Source of the DNA: Tannerellaceae bacterium
Lineage (GTDB): Bacteria; Bacteroidota; Bacteroidia; Bacteroidales; Tannerellaceae
Direction: 5' to 3'
NCBI GenBank assembly: GCA_048465615.1
Contig: DBFWLD010000061.1
Span: 38,789-102,788 of the forward strand
DNA: 64,000 nucleotides
A program made the translations under genes and the position numbers. Below the pieces are notes generated by a model. The model ran no database searches. It worked only from the letters and a program-made list of their open reading frames with translations, and was not told the DNA's origin. Numbering within the stretch: position 1 is the first letter of the stretch; each line of letters begins with the position of its first letter. This document shows positions 46,588 to 60,443 of the stretch, piece after piece.

Positions 46588-46779
46588 TTATTCTTCCATC
46601 TGCTGCAAATGCTGTACGTAAATCGCACGCATTGTACGCTTTCTTTTTTCAACAGAGGGTTTGGAAAAAGCCTGACGGCTTCTCAATTCTTTTACCACGC
46701 CTGTTTTTTCGAACTTTCTTTTGAATTTCTTCAGCGCCTTTTCGATGTTTTCGCCTTCTTTCAATGGAACTACGATCAT
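46588..46779 (-). CDS. rpsU: 30S ribosomal protein S21
   Basis: 63 aa with IEKALKKFKRKFEKTGVVKELRSRQAFSKPS. Confidence 0.95.
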   Translation of the reverse strand: MIVVPLKEGENIEKALKKFKRKFEKTGVVKELRSRQAFSKPSVEKRKRTMRAIYVQHLQQMEE

Positions 46780-46825
46780 AATTTAATTTATTTTTTATTT
46801 GTTACTACGTCCTTAAAATGGGCAG

Positions 46826-46857
46826 CAAAATTACTGATTGTTTCGTTATTAGCCAAA
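46826..46857 (-). promoter_or_regulatory. Bacteroidetes-type promoter for rpsU
   Basis: The minus strand has TTTG (46854-46857), a 20-nt spacer, and TAATTTTG (46826-46833), 46 nt upstream of ATG 46779. Confidence 0.5.
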
Positions 46858-46874
46858 CTTTCGGGAAATTATTT

Positions 46875-47930
46875 TCAATCGAAGCGTACCCGGCCGCCCC
46901 GGGAGGGATAAAATATTCCCTTTTCGGTGATAATGGCGGTGATCAGTTCCGAGGGCGTGACGTCGAACGCGGGGTTGTACACTCCGACTCCTTCCGGAGC
47001 CATCCGGCGGGTATACCACAGGTCGGTTACTTCCTGCGGGGGGCGCTCTTCAATCTGGATGTCGCTTCCCGTAGCAGTCTCGTAATCGATGGTAGAGGTA
47101 GGGCCCAGCACATAAAAAGGAATGCCGTAATAGCGGGCCAGCACGGCTACCCCCGAAGTGCCGATCTTATTGGCCGTGTCGCCGTTGGCCGCTATGCGGT
47201 CGCAGCCTACCACCACGGCCTCTACCCAACCTTTTTGCATCACGGAAGAGGCCATGTTATCGCAAATCAAGGTAACGTCTACCCCAGCCCGACGCAATTC
47301 GTAGGCAGTCAGCCGCGCACCTTGCAAAAGCGGGCGGGTTTCGCCGGCGAAGACCTTGAAGCCGTAACCCCTCTCCTGCCCCAGGTAGACGAGAGCCAGG
47401 GCGGTGCCGTATTCCGAAACGGCCAGATGGCCGGCATTGCAATGCGTCAGCAACCCCATGCCGGGTGCAAGCAGCGATAAGCCATATTCGCCGATGGCCC
47501 GGCAAGCGGCCGCGTCTTCGGCATGGATCGCCCGGGCTTCGTTCAGCAAAAGCGCGTCGAGAAGAGGCCGGTCGGAGGCGGGATGCTCGCGAACCACTTT
47601 CTCCATCCGGCGAAGGGCCGCCCCCAGGTTGACGGCCGTCGGACGCGAACGGAAAAGCCGGTCGCATATCCGGCCGAACCCGGCTGAGAATTCGCCATAC
47701 GAAGCGGCGGTTATCTGCCGGCTGCATACATAAGCGCCGTAAGCGGCCGCAATGCCGATGGCGGGAGCGCCTCTCACCTTCAGATGGCGGATGGCTTCTT
47801 CTATCTCGGGCAAGGTATGGAGCGTAAGGTATTTTTCTTCGGCGGGCAACAAGGTCTGGTCGAGAATAACCAGCGCCGAGGCGGTTGCGTCGAGCCGTAC
47901 GGTTTGCAGCCCCGACAAGGAAGGTATCAT
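46875..47930 (-). CDS. mtnA: S-methyl-5-thioribose-1-phosphate isomerase
   Basis: ILDQTLLP..., VRGAPAIGIAAAYG and VGCDRIAANGDTANKIGT. Start placed at ATG 47930; the track start at 47972 is TTG. Confidence 0.9.
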   Translation of the reverse strand: MIPSLSGLQTVRLDATASALVILDQTLLPAEEKYLTLHTLPEIEEAIRHLKVRGAPAIGIAAAYGAYVCSRQITAASYGEFSAGFGRICDRLFRSRPTAVNLGAALRRMEKVVREHPASDRPLLDALLLNEARAIHAEDAAACRAIGEYGLSLLAPGMGLLTHCNAGHLAVSEYGTALALVYLGQERGYGFKVFAGETRPLLQGARLTAYELRRAGVDVTLICDNMASSVMQKGWVEAVVVGCDRIAANGDTANKIGTSGVAVLARYYGIPFYVLGPTSTIDYETATGSDIQIEERPPQEVTDLWYTRRMAPEGVGVYNPAFDVTPSELITAIITEKGIFYPSRGGRVRFD

Positions 47931-47968
47931 ATAAAAAGAGGTATTAGGTGAATAGTATAAAAAACGGC

Positions 47969-48838
47969 TCAATATTGCGTCGGCCCCAAGGTGGCTTCAA
48001 TCGCCACGCCGGCCACGCCCACGGCAATGGCTCCGGCTATAATGCCTGCGTTCGCTCCTTTCACTTTCCGCACATAAAAGAAATCGCCGGCTTGCTGTTG
48101 ATCGGCGGTGAAACGGGCGGGGGGCACGTCGCCTGTTTTAAACAGTTTGGAAACATAAAAGCTGCGTTCGAACGTCAGCGGCTTGGAAGGGCCTCCGCCC
48201 GGGGCAGGCTCGGTATAGAGCGTAAGGTAGCTGCGGAAATACAGAGGCGAATCTTCTTCGGTAAATTCTTTCACGCGCATCGTAAGGGAACTGCCGTCTA
48301 CGGCCGAAAAGGATTGTTTGCGGTAGGCGTCGTTGGGTATCTTGTCGAAAGGGAAATCGGCCAGGCGCAGAGGCGTTTTCTCTACCTTGGTTTTCGGCGG
48401 CAGAAAACTGATGCCGGCGGGCAACGAAATCTGGGCGGAAAAATTTCCCTGGCCCGAGGTGTAGGAATCGCTGCCCCGGCGTCCCCAGGGGTAGGTAATG
48501 GTAGAAGAAGAGGTAGAAGATTCTCCTTCCACCACCGCGCCGCCTTCCGCATAGGAAGTAGCCACGTCGTCGATAATGAGGGCCGAGCGGGTCCAATCCA
48601 CAAATAAGGGTTCGTCGAGTTTGTTATACACCCGGATAGTCACCGGGGCATCTTCGCCATTGAAGGAATAGGCGATGCGTACCGTATCGTTTTCCTGCAC
48701 AAATTCGCGCCGGCCGTTTCGTTCGGCCGACGGATCGTTGGAACTAAGCACGGAATAATAGTAAGAGGAACATCCCGTGAGCATCGCAGCCGTGAGCATC
48801 ACGATCCAACATTCTATGGGGAGAAACATCTTTTTCAT
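47969..48838 (-). CDS. Hypothetical lipoprotein with a C-terminal Gly/Ala-rich hydrophobic segment
   Basis: Signal peptide plus lipobox (MLTGCSS). It has a Ser-rich patch and a C-terminal NAGIIAGAIAVGVAGVAIEATLG. I recognise no family. Confidence 0.6.
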   Translation of the reverse strand: MKKMFLPIECWIVMLTAAMLTGCSSYYYSVLSSNDPSAERNGRREFVQENDTVRIAYSFNGEDAPVTIRVYNKLDEPLFVDWTRSALIIDDVATSYAEGGAVVEGESSTSSSTITYPWGRRGSDSYTSGQGNFSAQISLPAGISFLPPKTKVEKTPLRLADFPFDKIPNDAYRKQSFSAVDGSSLTMRVKEFTEEDSPLYFRSYLTLYTEPAPGGGPSKPLTFERSFYVSKLFKTGDVPPARFTADQQQAGDFFYVRKVKGANAGIIAGAIAVGVAGVAIEATLGPTQY

Positions 48839-49103
48839 AGGCTTTTCGCATGTAAACCAAGGTAGTTACAAATATAGCTACTTTTCTTTTCCGCCGGCAG
48901 CAGAGGGCCATAAAAAACGTGCCGGTTCTTTAAAAAAGGTTTTCTGCGGCCGGAAGGATTTCCTTCCTTTCGCCTGTATTTTTCCCGCGACAAGGTATTC
49001 TTAAAAAAGAAAAAAATTACAATAAGTACTCCTTCCTTAGGCGCAACCGCAACGTTTTTACATATCACTGTTTTACAGGCAGTTATGAAAACACTTGCAG
49101 GAA

Positions 49104-49196
49104 CCGGAAAACGGATGCCGGTGAAACGGAAATTTCATCGGCATGAAAATTCAATTACACCGGCATGAAATTTTTTCTCCATCGGCACGGATTTTC
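49104..49196. repeat. Phased direct repeats (core CGGCATGAAAtTT), 3-5 copies about 22 bp apart
   Basis: cggcatgaaaatt at 49139, cggcatgaaatttt at 49161, and cggcacggatttt at 49183. Weaker copies are cggaaattt at 49127 and ccggaaaacgga at 49104. Confidence 0.45.
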
Positions 49197-49266
49197 GGGT
49201 AGCTAAAAAATAATACAAGAAGCCCCCCTCTTCCGAAACGAAAAAAGAGGTAAAGATGCCGGGAAG

Positions 49267-50499
49267 TTACAAAGAAATGGCTTTCAGGATTTGGTCGGTA
49301 GCTCCCGCATGCTGCTTGACAAAACGGCCTGCCGCCTCGCCTGCCGCTTCCAGCACTTCGCGATACGTCAGCCATTCATCCATTTTGTCGCGGAAAGCGC
49401 CGGCATCGGCCACGGAAAAACCTCCGCCTACGGCGATCAGGTCTTTGGCCTCTTTGAATTTATGGTAGCGCGGGCCGAACAAGACGGGAATGCCATATAC
49501 CGCCGCTTCCAACGTATTATGAATGCCCGCTCCGAAACCGCCGCCGACATAGGCGATCTGGCCATAGCGGTAAATGGAAGAAAGCAAGCCGAAACTATCG
49601 ATAATCAGGCAGTCTTTCGTAGCCAGATCCTCCTCGTGCGCTTCCGAAAGCCGGACGGAAGGGCGTTTCAACATCGATTCGATATGAAGCAAATGCTCGC
49701 GGTGAATCTCGTGCGGAGCGATAATCAGTTTCATTTCGGGATGTTGGTGGAAATAAGAAATCAAAATCGCCTCGTCTTCCGGCCAGGAGCTACCGGCTAC
49801 CAGCGTCAGCGTTTTTTCTCCGCGCCGGCTGCCTACGAAGGTTTCGATCAGCGGAATCTCGCGGGCCATCGCGCGCACGTCGAGCACCCGGTCGAAACGG
49901 GTATCGCCGGTGACCGTCACGTTGCGTATGCCGAAATCGGCCAGCAATTGTTTCGACCGCTGGTCTTGCACGAAAAGATGGTCGAAGTTATGAAGCATCC
50001 GGCGGTAAGGACGGCCGTACCATTGAAAAAAAAGCTGGTCGGGACGGAAAATAGCGGATATGATGTATACCGGTATGCCCTGTTTTTTCAATTCGCCCAG
50101 GTAGTTTCCCCAAAATTCATATTTTATGAAGATAGCCATCGCCGGACGGGCCAACTGCAAAAACTTGCGTACCCGGTAAGGCGTATCGAAAGGTAGGTAG
50201 CAAACCACGTCGGCCCCGTTGTAATTTTTCCGTACTTCGTAACCCGAAGGCGAAAAGAAGGTGAGCAGGATTTTGTATCGGGGATGCTCTTTGCGGATTT
50301 TTTCCATCATCGGCCGGCCTTGTTCGAACTCGCCCAGGGAAGCGGCATGAAACCAGATGTATGTAGCCTCGGGATCGATCTTTTCGCGTAAACGGCCGTT
50401 GGTTTTCCATTGGCCCAGGCGCATCATGCGGGCTTTCCGGTGGAAAGGGGAAATCAAAGCGACGATAAAAGCATAAAAATGGACGAGGAGACTATACAT
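49267..50499 (-). CDS. waaA: 3-deoxy-D-manno-octulosonic acid (Kdo) transferase
   Basis: WFHAASLGEFEQGRPMMEKIRKEHP..ILLTFFSPSGYE, a typical KdtA N-terminal domain, followed by a GT-B C-terminal half. Confidence 0.88.
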   Translation of the reverse strand: MYSLLVHFYAFIVALISPFHRKARMMRLGQWKTNGRLREKIDPEATYIWFHAASLGEFEQGRPMMEKIRKEHPRYKILLTFFSPSGYEVRKNYNGADVVCYLPFDTPYRVRKFLQLARPAMAIFIKYEFWGNYLGELKKQGIPVYIISAIFRPDQLFFQWYGRPYRRMLHNFDHLFVQDQRSKQLLADFGIRNVTVTGDTRFDRVLDVRAMAREIPLIETFVGSRRGEKTLTLVAGSSWPEDEAILISYFHQHPEMKLIIAPHEIHREHLLHIESMLKRPSVRLSEAHEEDLATKDCLIIDSFGLLSSIYRYGQIAYVGGGFGAGIHNTLEAAVYGIPVLFGPRYHKFKEAKDLIAVGGGFSVADAGAFRDKMDEWLTYREVLEAAGEAAGRFVKQHAGATDQILKAISL

Positions 50500-50592
50500 G
50501 GCGGTTGTGAGCTTAAAAAAAGTTTATCGTAAAAAAATCCGCCTTTGCCGTTCCGGTCGGCCGACCGGAACGGCAAAGGCGGATGAAAGCGG

Positions 50593-52125
50593 TTATTTCA
50601 AAATTTCGATCGCCCGCTCGATGCGGCGGATCGATTCTTCTTTTCCCAGGGCTTCGGTGATGTCGAAAATATGCGGCCCTTTTCCTTCGCCTACCAGCGC
50701 CAGGCGGGTAGCATTCATGATATTTCCCACGTGATAGCCTTTTTGTTCGATCCAGGCTTTTACTTCTTCTTCCGTGCCTTCTATATCGAAGGGCTCGCGG
50801 CGGCGAAGCACCTCGACGAGTTCGGCCAGTTGGACGGCCGAATCGGCTTTCCAGCGTTTTTTGCGGGTTTTTTCGTCATATGCTTCCGGAGCAATAAAGA
50901 AGAATGCGCATACGTCCCATAATTCTTTCACGAAATTTACCCGGTCTTTCATCATTCCCACCACTTTTTTCACATAGGCCGGATCGGCCTGGATGCCGTG
51001 GCTTTCCACGATCGGCATAAACATTCCGGCAATTTCCCGGTTCGATTTCTTCTGGATATACTGGTGGTTGAACCATTTCCCTTTTTCATAGTCGAATTTG
51101 GCGCCGCTCTTGCTGCAATGCCTCAAATCGAACCGACGGATCAACTCGTCCATGCTCATCACCTCCTGGTCGTCGCCCGGGTTCCAACCCAGCAAGGCCA
51201 GGAAATTCACCACCGCTTCAGGCAGGTATCCGCTTTCCCGGTAGCCCGACGAAACGTCGCCCGTTTTCGGATCGTGCCATTCCAGCGGGAAGACGGGGAA
51301 ACCGAGCCGGTCGCCGTCGCGCTTGCTCAGCTTGCCGTTGCCTTCGGGCTTGAGCAGCAACGAAAGATGGGCGAAGGCGGGCATGGTATCGGCCCAGCCC
51401 AAATAGCGATACAGCAACACATGCAAAGGAGCGCTGGGCAACCATTCTTCGCCGCGGATCACATGGGTTATTTCCATCAAATGGTCGTCGACGATATTGG
51501 CCAGGTGATAGGTGGGCAGTCCGTCGGCCGACTTATAAAGCACTTTATCGTCGAGCACGGAGGAGTTGATCACCACTTCACCGCGAATCAGGTCGTCGAC
51601 GTGAATATCTTCGCCCGGCTCGATCTTGATGCGTACCACATATTGGCAACCGCTTTCCACCAGCGAGCGGGTTTCTTCTTCGGAAAGCGAAAGGGAGTTG
51701 CGCATCTGCCGGCGGGTGGAGGCGTCGTATTGGAAATTAGGAATTTCCTTGCGTTTGGCTTCCAGTTCTTCCGGCGTATCGAAGGCCAGGTAAGCCAGGC
51801 CGGCATCCACCAGGCCGTCGACATACTTCTTGTAAATTTCCCGCCGTTCGCTCTGCCGGTAAGGGCCGTAATGGCCGCCGAAGCCTACGCCTTCGTCGAA
51901 CCGGATGCCCAGCCAGGTAAGGGCTTCGATGATATATTGTTCGGCTCCGGGCACGAAACGTTGGGAATCGGTATCTTCGATACGTAATATCAGATCGCCG
52001 CCTTGTTGCTTGGCAAACAAATAGTTATATAAGGCCGTACGCACCCCTCCGATATGGAGCGCGCCCGTAGGGCTGGGCGCGAAACGCACTCTCGTTTTTC
52101 TTTCGGTCATAATCATATCCATCAA
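50593..52125 (-). CDS. gltX: Glutamate--tRNA ligase
   Basis: [22 protein letters not shown] (HIGH region) and KLSKR (KMSKS region). The true start may be the MTERK Met, 18 nt downstream. Confidence 0.95.
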   Translation of the reverse strand: MMDMIMTERKTRVRFAPSPTGALHIGGVRTALYNYLFAKQQGGDLILRIEDTDSQRFVPGAEQYIIEALTWLGIRFDEGVGFGGHYGPYRQSERREIYKKYVDGLVDAGLAYLAFDTPEELEAKRKEIPNFQYDASTRRQMRNSLSLSEEETRSLVESGCQYVVRIKIEPGEDIHVDDLIRGEVVINSSVLDDKVLYKSADGLPTYHLANIVDDHLMEITHVIRGEEWLPSAPLHVLLYRYLGWADTMPAFAHLSLLLKPEGNGKLSKRDGDRLGFPVFPLEWHDPKTGDVSSGYRESGYLPEAVVNFLALLGWNPGDDQEVMSMDELIRRFDLRHCSKSGAKFDYEKGKWFNHQYIQKKSNREIAGMFMPIVESHGIQADPAYVKKVVGMMKDRVNFVKELWDVCAFFFIAPEAYDEKTRKKRWKADSAVQLAELVEVLRRREPFDIEGTEEEVKAWIEQKGYHVGNIMNATRLALVGEGKGPHIFDITEALGKEESIRRIERAIEILK

Positions 52126-52207
52126 GTAAATAATGCGGCAAAAGTAGGCCTTTTTTTTCTTATCTTAAACTTTTTTCCGTACATTTCGCCCATAAACGCG
52201 AATCTCT

Positions 52208-54307
52208 ATGAAATTAAAAAATTACAGCATACATCCGGCCGTCACGTTCATCGTAGCGGCTCTTTTAATTGCCTATTTTTTCCCCCGGGAAGGAAAATTC
52301 CGTTATCAGTTTTACGAAGGAAAGCCCTGGCGCTACGGGCTGCTGACGGCGCCGAGCGACTTCCCGATTTACAAAACCGACGAAGAGGTAAAAGCCGAAA
52401 AAGACAGCGTGCTGAAGAATTTCGAACCGTATTACCGGCTCGACCCGGAGATAGAGGAGGCCGAAATCGACAAATTGCGTACCGCCTATACGTCGGAACT
52501 TTACCAAAAGGCCAATTCGGCTTATATGCAGTATATCGAAAAAAGCCTGGTGAAATTGTATAAAAAAGGAATTATCTCGCCCCAGCGCATGGACGAATTG
52601 AAAAAGGACGGCTATACGCGGGTGAAAGTTTTGGAAAACAATGTGGCCCGTTCGGAGTACGTAAGCGATTTTTTCACCATCAAAACGGCTTATGAATTTA
52701 TTATCAATAATTGTCCTCCCAAACTCGACAAGGCCATCCTGCAATCGTGCGACATCAATAATTACCTGACGGAAAACATTACCTACGATCAGGCTACGAC
52801 CGACAAGGTGCGGGAAGACAAGCTGCAAAGCGTTTCCCTGGCCAACGGCATGGTACAGGCCGGCGAACGGATCGTCGACCGGGGGGAAATTATCGACAAT
52901 CATACCTACAACGTGCTTCGCTCGCTTAAAACGGTACACGAGTCGAAAGCGGGGGGCACCGGCCGCCAGAGCCTGATTGTGGCCGGGTTGTTCATTCTGG
53001 TTTTCGGAATCATGTTTTGCTTCTGGCTCTACCTCTGGTCGTTTCGTCCGAAAATCTTCCACAACCGGCGGAACGTGCTTTTTTTGGTGCTTTGCATTTT
53101 CGTCAGTTGCATGATGACGGAGATGGTCGTGACGTACGGATTGTTCAATATTTACATCCTGCCCTATGCCATCGTGCCCATCGTGGTACGTACTTTCTTC
53201 GATTCGCGTACGGCCTTGTTCACCCAGTTGGTGATCGTATTGATCTGTTCGTTGATGGCGCCTTTTCCGCAGGAATTCCTGTTGTTGCAGATTATTGCCG
53301 GCATGGTGGTGACGTTCAGCCTGAAAGAGCTATCGGAACGTTCGCAGCTTATCCGGTGCGCGTTTTTCATTTTCCTGTCGTATACGCTTTGCTATCTCAG
53401 CCTGAACCTGTTTCAGGAGGCCGACCTGAAAAAGGTGAATTGGATGATGATGCTTTACTTCGGCATCAATTTCATTCTGCTGATGTTTACCTATGTGTTG
53501 GTTTATATGCTCGAAAAGGCGTTCGGCTACGTATCGAGCATTACCTTGGTGGAACTTTCGAATATCAATACGCCCATCTTAAAGAAACTTTCGGAAACCT
53601 GCCCGGGCACTTTCCAGCATTCGCTTCAGGTATCTATCCTGGCCTCCGAAGCCGCCGCGCGGATCGGCGCCGATGCCCAGTTGGTACGTACCGGCGCCTT
53701 GTATCACGACATCGGCAAGATGAGCAACCCGGTATTTTTCACCGAAAACCAGAGCAGCGTGAATCCGCATAACCAACTGACGTTGGATCAAAGCGCGCAG
53801 ATCATTATCAGCCATGTGACGGAAGGGCTGAAAATTGCCGAAAAAATAGCTTTGCCCAAGGCTGTGGTCAATTTTATCCGCACGCATCACGGCAGCGGCA
53901 AGGCGAAGTATTTTTACAACTCGTTCAAAAATCAATATCCCGAGCGGGAGATCGATGAGAAAATGTTCACCTACCCCGGCCCGAATCCGTTTTCGAAGGA
54001 GACGGCCGTGCTGATGATGGCCGATGCCGTGGAAGCGGCTTCCCGTAGTTTGAAGGAGCATACGGAAGAGAGCATCCAGCAATTGGTGAACAAGATTATC
54101 GACGGCCAGATTGCCGACGGTTTGCTTCGGAACGCGCCGCTTACCTTCCGGGATGTGGAAACCATCAAAACGGTATTTGTGGATAAACTCAAAACGATGT
54201 TTCATACCCGCATCAGTTATCCGGACTTGAAAAAGACAGAGGGCGGCGGGGCGAAAACGGCGGATAGCGTGAAGGAAAAAAGAGAGGCAAACGAAAAACC
54301 GGTTTAA
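52208..54307 (+). CDS. 7TM-receptor-type HD/HDIG phosphohydrolase (PgpH-like)
   Basis: N-terminal extracytoplasmic region, a block of ~7 TM helices, and a C-terminal HD domain (HSLQVS...GALYHDIGK...IISHV...IRTHHG). Confidence 0.85.
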   Translation: MKLKNYSIHPAVTFIVAALLIAYFFPREGKFRYQFYEGKPWRYGLLTAPSDFPIYKTDEEVKAEKDSVLKNFEPYYRLDPEIEEAEIDKLRTAYTSELYQKANSAYMQYIEKSLVKLYKKGIISPQRMDELKKDGYTRVKVLENNVARSEYVSDFFTIKTAYEFIINNCPPKLDKAILQSCDINNYLTENITYDQATTDKVREDKLQSVSLANGMVQAGERIVDRGEIIDNHTYNVLRSLKTVHESKAGGTGRQSLIVAGLFILVFGIMFCFWLYLWSFRPKIFHNRRNVLFLVLCIFVSCMMTEMVVTYGLFNIYILPYAIVPIVVRTFFDSRTALFTQLVIVLICSLMAPFPQEFLLLQIIAGMVVTFSLKELSERSQLIRCAFFIFLSYTLCYLSLNLFQEADLKKVNWMMMLYFGINFILLMFTYVLVYMLEKAFGYVSSITLVELSNINTPILKKLSETCPGTFQHSLQVSILASEAAARIGADAQLVRTGALYHDIGKMSNPVFFTENQSSVNPHNQLTLDQSAQIIISHVTEGLKIAEKIALPKAVVNFIRTHHGSGKAKYFYNSFKNQYPEREIDEKMFTYPGPNPFSKETAVLMMADAVEAASRSLKEHTEESIQQLVNKIIDGQIADGLLRNAPLTFRDVETIKTVFVDKLKTMFHTRISYPDLKKTEGGGAKTADSVKEKREANEKPV

Positions 54308-54425
54308 AAGAAGCCGAGGAAAGACTTCTTTTAAACCGGAAAAAATCAGGTCCCTGTCCGAGCGGCCGCCGGCAAATGATCCGGGGGCAAAACACATCGT
54401 GTCAAAGGGGAAAACAGGCTCACTC

Positions 54426-58028
<3,603 letters not shown>

Positions 58029-58097
58029 TTATTTCTTATTGGTTTACCAGGGTGATTGCGGCCGTCTGCCGACGTGCCGCATATTCGTCTCTTTTTC

Positions 58098-60425
58098 TTA
58101 TTCAATATAGATTTCATCCAGGCTAATCCTCGATTCTTGTCCCGGACGAACATGATCGGGCGGACATTTGCCCGCACTTTCCCATGTAAGTTTTATATAA
58201 CGCGCCCGGACGCTGCCCGCCTCTATCGATAAATTTTCGACAAAGCGTCCTTCGGTAAATATAGCTTCGTCGGAAAAAACCAGTTTCCCGGCTGGGGTAA
58301 AATTCCGGTTGTCGATCGATACTTCCAGGCATACTGTACGCGGTTTGTGCACTCCCATTCCGTAATTGGTAAGGCAGCCCACCACACAGCGACGGATAGG
58401 TTGCACGTTCAACAAATCGACTGTCACCGAGCAAGTGCCCGGCTGAGCGTTATACCATTCGGAATCGGTCTGTTTCAAGCTTCCTCTTACTCCGTTCACC
58501 AAAACGCTTTGTGCTTTGCCGGCGGGCAGCAGAGGCTTGGCGGTAGCCTGATTCCATTTCAAGGGCAACACCAAGGTCTGTCCCATAGGGCGGCCGCCGG
58601 CAAAAGTCGTCGCTTTCACCACCCTGTCTTTTTCAACCCGCAGCGGCTCCTCGTACACAGCCGAAGTGATAGAAGGAGGCGTGTTATCGAGCGTATAGCG
58701 GATTTCCACGTCCGGCCGGATACATTCCAAGCTTACCCGCAACTGCCCTTGCGAAGGCGTAACCGTATGCTGAATATTGTACATCGAGCGGGCAGGCCTC
58801 ACCCCTTTATAAGCTATATGCGCCAGGTAATTGTCTAAACCTTGCAGAAAGGTTTCCCATTCTTTCCGGCCTTTCGGTACCCAGCCGATTTCCGCCAAGG
58901 CTGCGAGGCGGGGAAAAGTCAGGTAAAAAACATCTTCCGGCTTCGTGCAAAACTCCGTCCACATGCAAGCCTGCACGCCCCATAACAGCGATTCGTAGGC
59001 CGGCTTCCAGTCCGGCTGAACGGGTTCGTAATCGAACAAATCCTTGAGCGTGTTGGTGCCGAAATACGTATATGGCTCGAACCATTGCGGCCCCTGGTAC
59101 CGAATCAGGTAAGCCACCCGGGCAGGCGCCATCACGAATCGATGTCCCTGCTCGGCCGCTTTCAGAGCTGCTTTGCCATATCCCTGCCAGCCCAGAATAA
59201 TCGATTCTTCCGGCAGCTTGCTGTTAGTCAGTTCGTCCCACCCGATTACTTGCTTTCCTTTGCTTCGCACATACGCGCCCAGACGCCCCATAAAATAACC
59301 TTGCAGCGCTTCTTCATCCGGCAGGCCTGCCTCCCGGATACGTTGCCGGCAGAGCGGGCATTTTTCCCAATAGGTCTTCCTGGCCTCGTCTCCCCCCAGG
59401 TTCATATACCGGGAGGGGAATAGAGCCATTACTTCGTCTAGTATGTCTTGCAGGAAAGCATAGGTTTTTTCGTTGCCTGCACAGAATATAATATCGCTAT
59501 GAGATTCGCCCATTCCCGGAACGACCGTAATCGCCTGATCGACCACCGGGCAAGCGTACTGCGGATAAGCCGCAAGCGCGGCGTTGGAATGGGCCGGCAC
59601 GTCTACCTCGGGAATGATTTCAATCTGCCGCTCGGCCGCATAATCGATAATTTCTCTCATTTCCTCTTGCGTATAAAATCCGCCTATGGGCGTGGATTCC
59701 CCGTCTCGCTGATTGCGGCGATCGGCATAGGCCTGGTTCTCGCGATCTACCCGCCAGGCGCCCACTTCCGTCAGCCGAGGATATTTCTTTATTTCCAGCC
59801 GCCAGCCGTTATCATCCGTCAGATGCAGATGAAGGGTATTTATTTTCAGCAATGCGATGCAATCGATCATGCGCAGCAACTCCGCCTTCGGCAGGAAATA
59901 ACGCGCCACGTCCAGCATGAAACCGCGATAGGCAAAACGAGGCTCGTCGCGGACGATCATGGCCGGCACGCTCCAAGTTTCCCGGGCGGGGCTATCGCTT
60001 TCCAGAGCCGGGGGCAAAAGCAGCCTAAGGGTTTGAAAGCCGTAAAAAAAACCTCGCGCGGCAGATGCTCTCAATTCGATCCGGCCGGTTCCGATTTCCA
60101 GCACATACGCTTCGGGGCGGAGGCTTGGGTCGTCAATCAGGCAGACATCTCCTTCTGCCGTTCTTTTCACCTGGGGGGTAAATCCGGCCGAGCGCGTAAA
60201 TAAAGCGGCGAAACGGGTGGCCAAGATAGCTTGATCTTCATTCCCGACGGCAATCGTCGTATGCTTTCCGAACGAAAAACGGCCCTCTCCTTTCACAACC
60301 GACGCAGGTTGCGGAATCAGCATTCTTTCCTTTTCAGGCCAGGAAGCGGCGCTTGCCTGCCTGCCGGCAAAAGCCGTCAGACAAAGTAATAAGAATATTT
60401 TCGGATAAAAAAACTTTTTCTTCAT
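58098..60425 (-). CDS. Glycoside hydrolase family 20 beta-N-acetylhexosaminidase with a C-terminal discoidin-like domain
   Basis: Signal peptide, then RGFMLDVARYF, HLHLTDDNGWRLEI and LGGDEA catalytic-region motifs. Confidence 0.88.
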   Translation of the reverse strand: MKKKFFYPKIFLLLCLTAFAGRQASAASWPEKERMLIPQPASVVKGEGRFSFGKHTTIAVGNEDQAILATRFAALFTRSAGFTPQVKRTAEGDVCLIDDPSLRPEAYVLEIGTGRIELRASAARGFFYGFQTLRLLLPPALESDSPARETWSVPAMIVRDEPRFAYRGFMLDVARYFLPKAELLRMIDCIALLKINTLHLHLTDDNGWRLEIKKYPRLTEVGAWRVDRENQAYADRRNQRDGESTPIGGFYTQEEMREIIDYAAERQIEIIPEVDVPAHSNAALAAYPQYACPVVDQAITVVPGMGESHSDIIFCAGNEKTYAFLQDILDEVMALFPSRYMNLGGDEARKTYWEKCPLCRQRIREAGLPDEEALQGYFMGRLGAYVRSKGKQVIGWDELTNSKLPEESIILGWQGYGKAALKAAEQGHRFVMAPARVAYLIRYQGPQWFEPYTYFGTNTLKDLFDYEPVQPDWKPAYESLLWGVQACMWTEFCTKPEDVFYLTFPRLAALAEIGWVPKGRKEWETFLQGLDNYLAHIAYKGVRPARSMYNIQHTVTPSQGQLRVSLECIRPDVEIRYTLDNTPPSITSAVYEEPLRVEKDRVVKATTFAGGRPMGQTLVLPLKWNQATAKPLLPAGKAQSVLVNGVRGSLKQTDSEWYNAQPGTCSVTVDLLNVQPIRRCVVGCLTNYGMGVHKPRTVCLEVSIDNRNFTPAGKLVFSDEAIFTEGRFVENLSIEAGSVRARYIKLTWESAGKCPPDHVRPGQESRISLDEIYIE

Positions 60426-60443
60426 GGTATGGACGTTTTTAAA

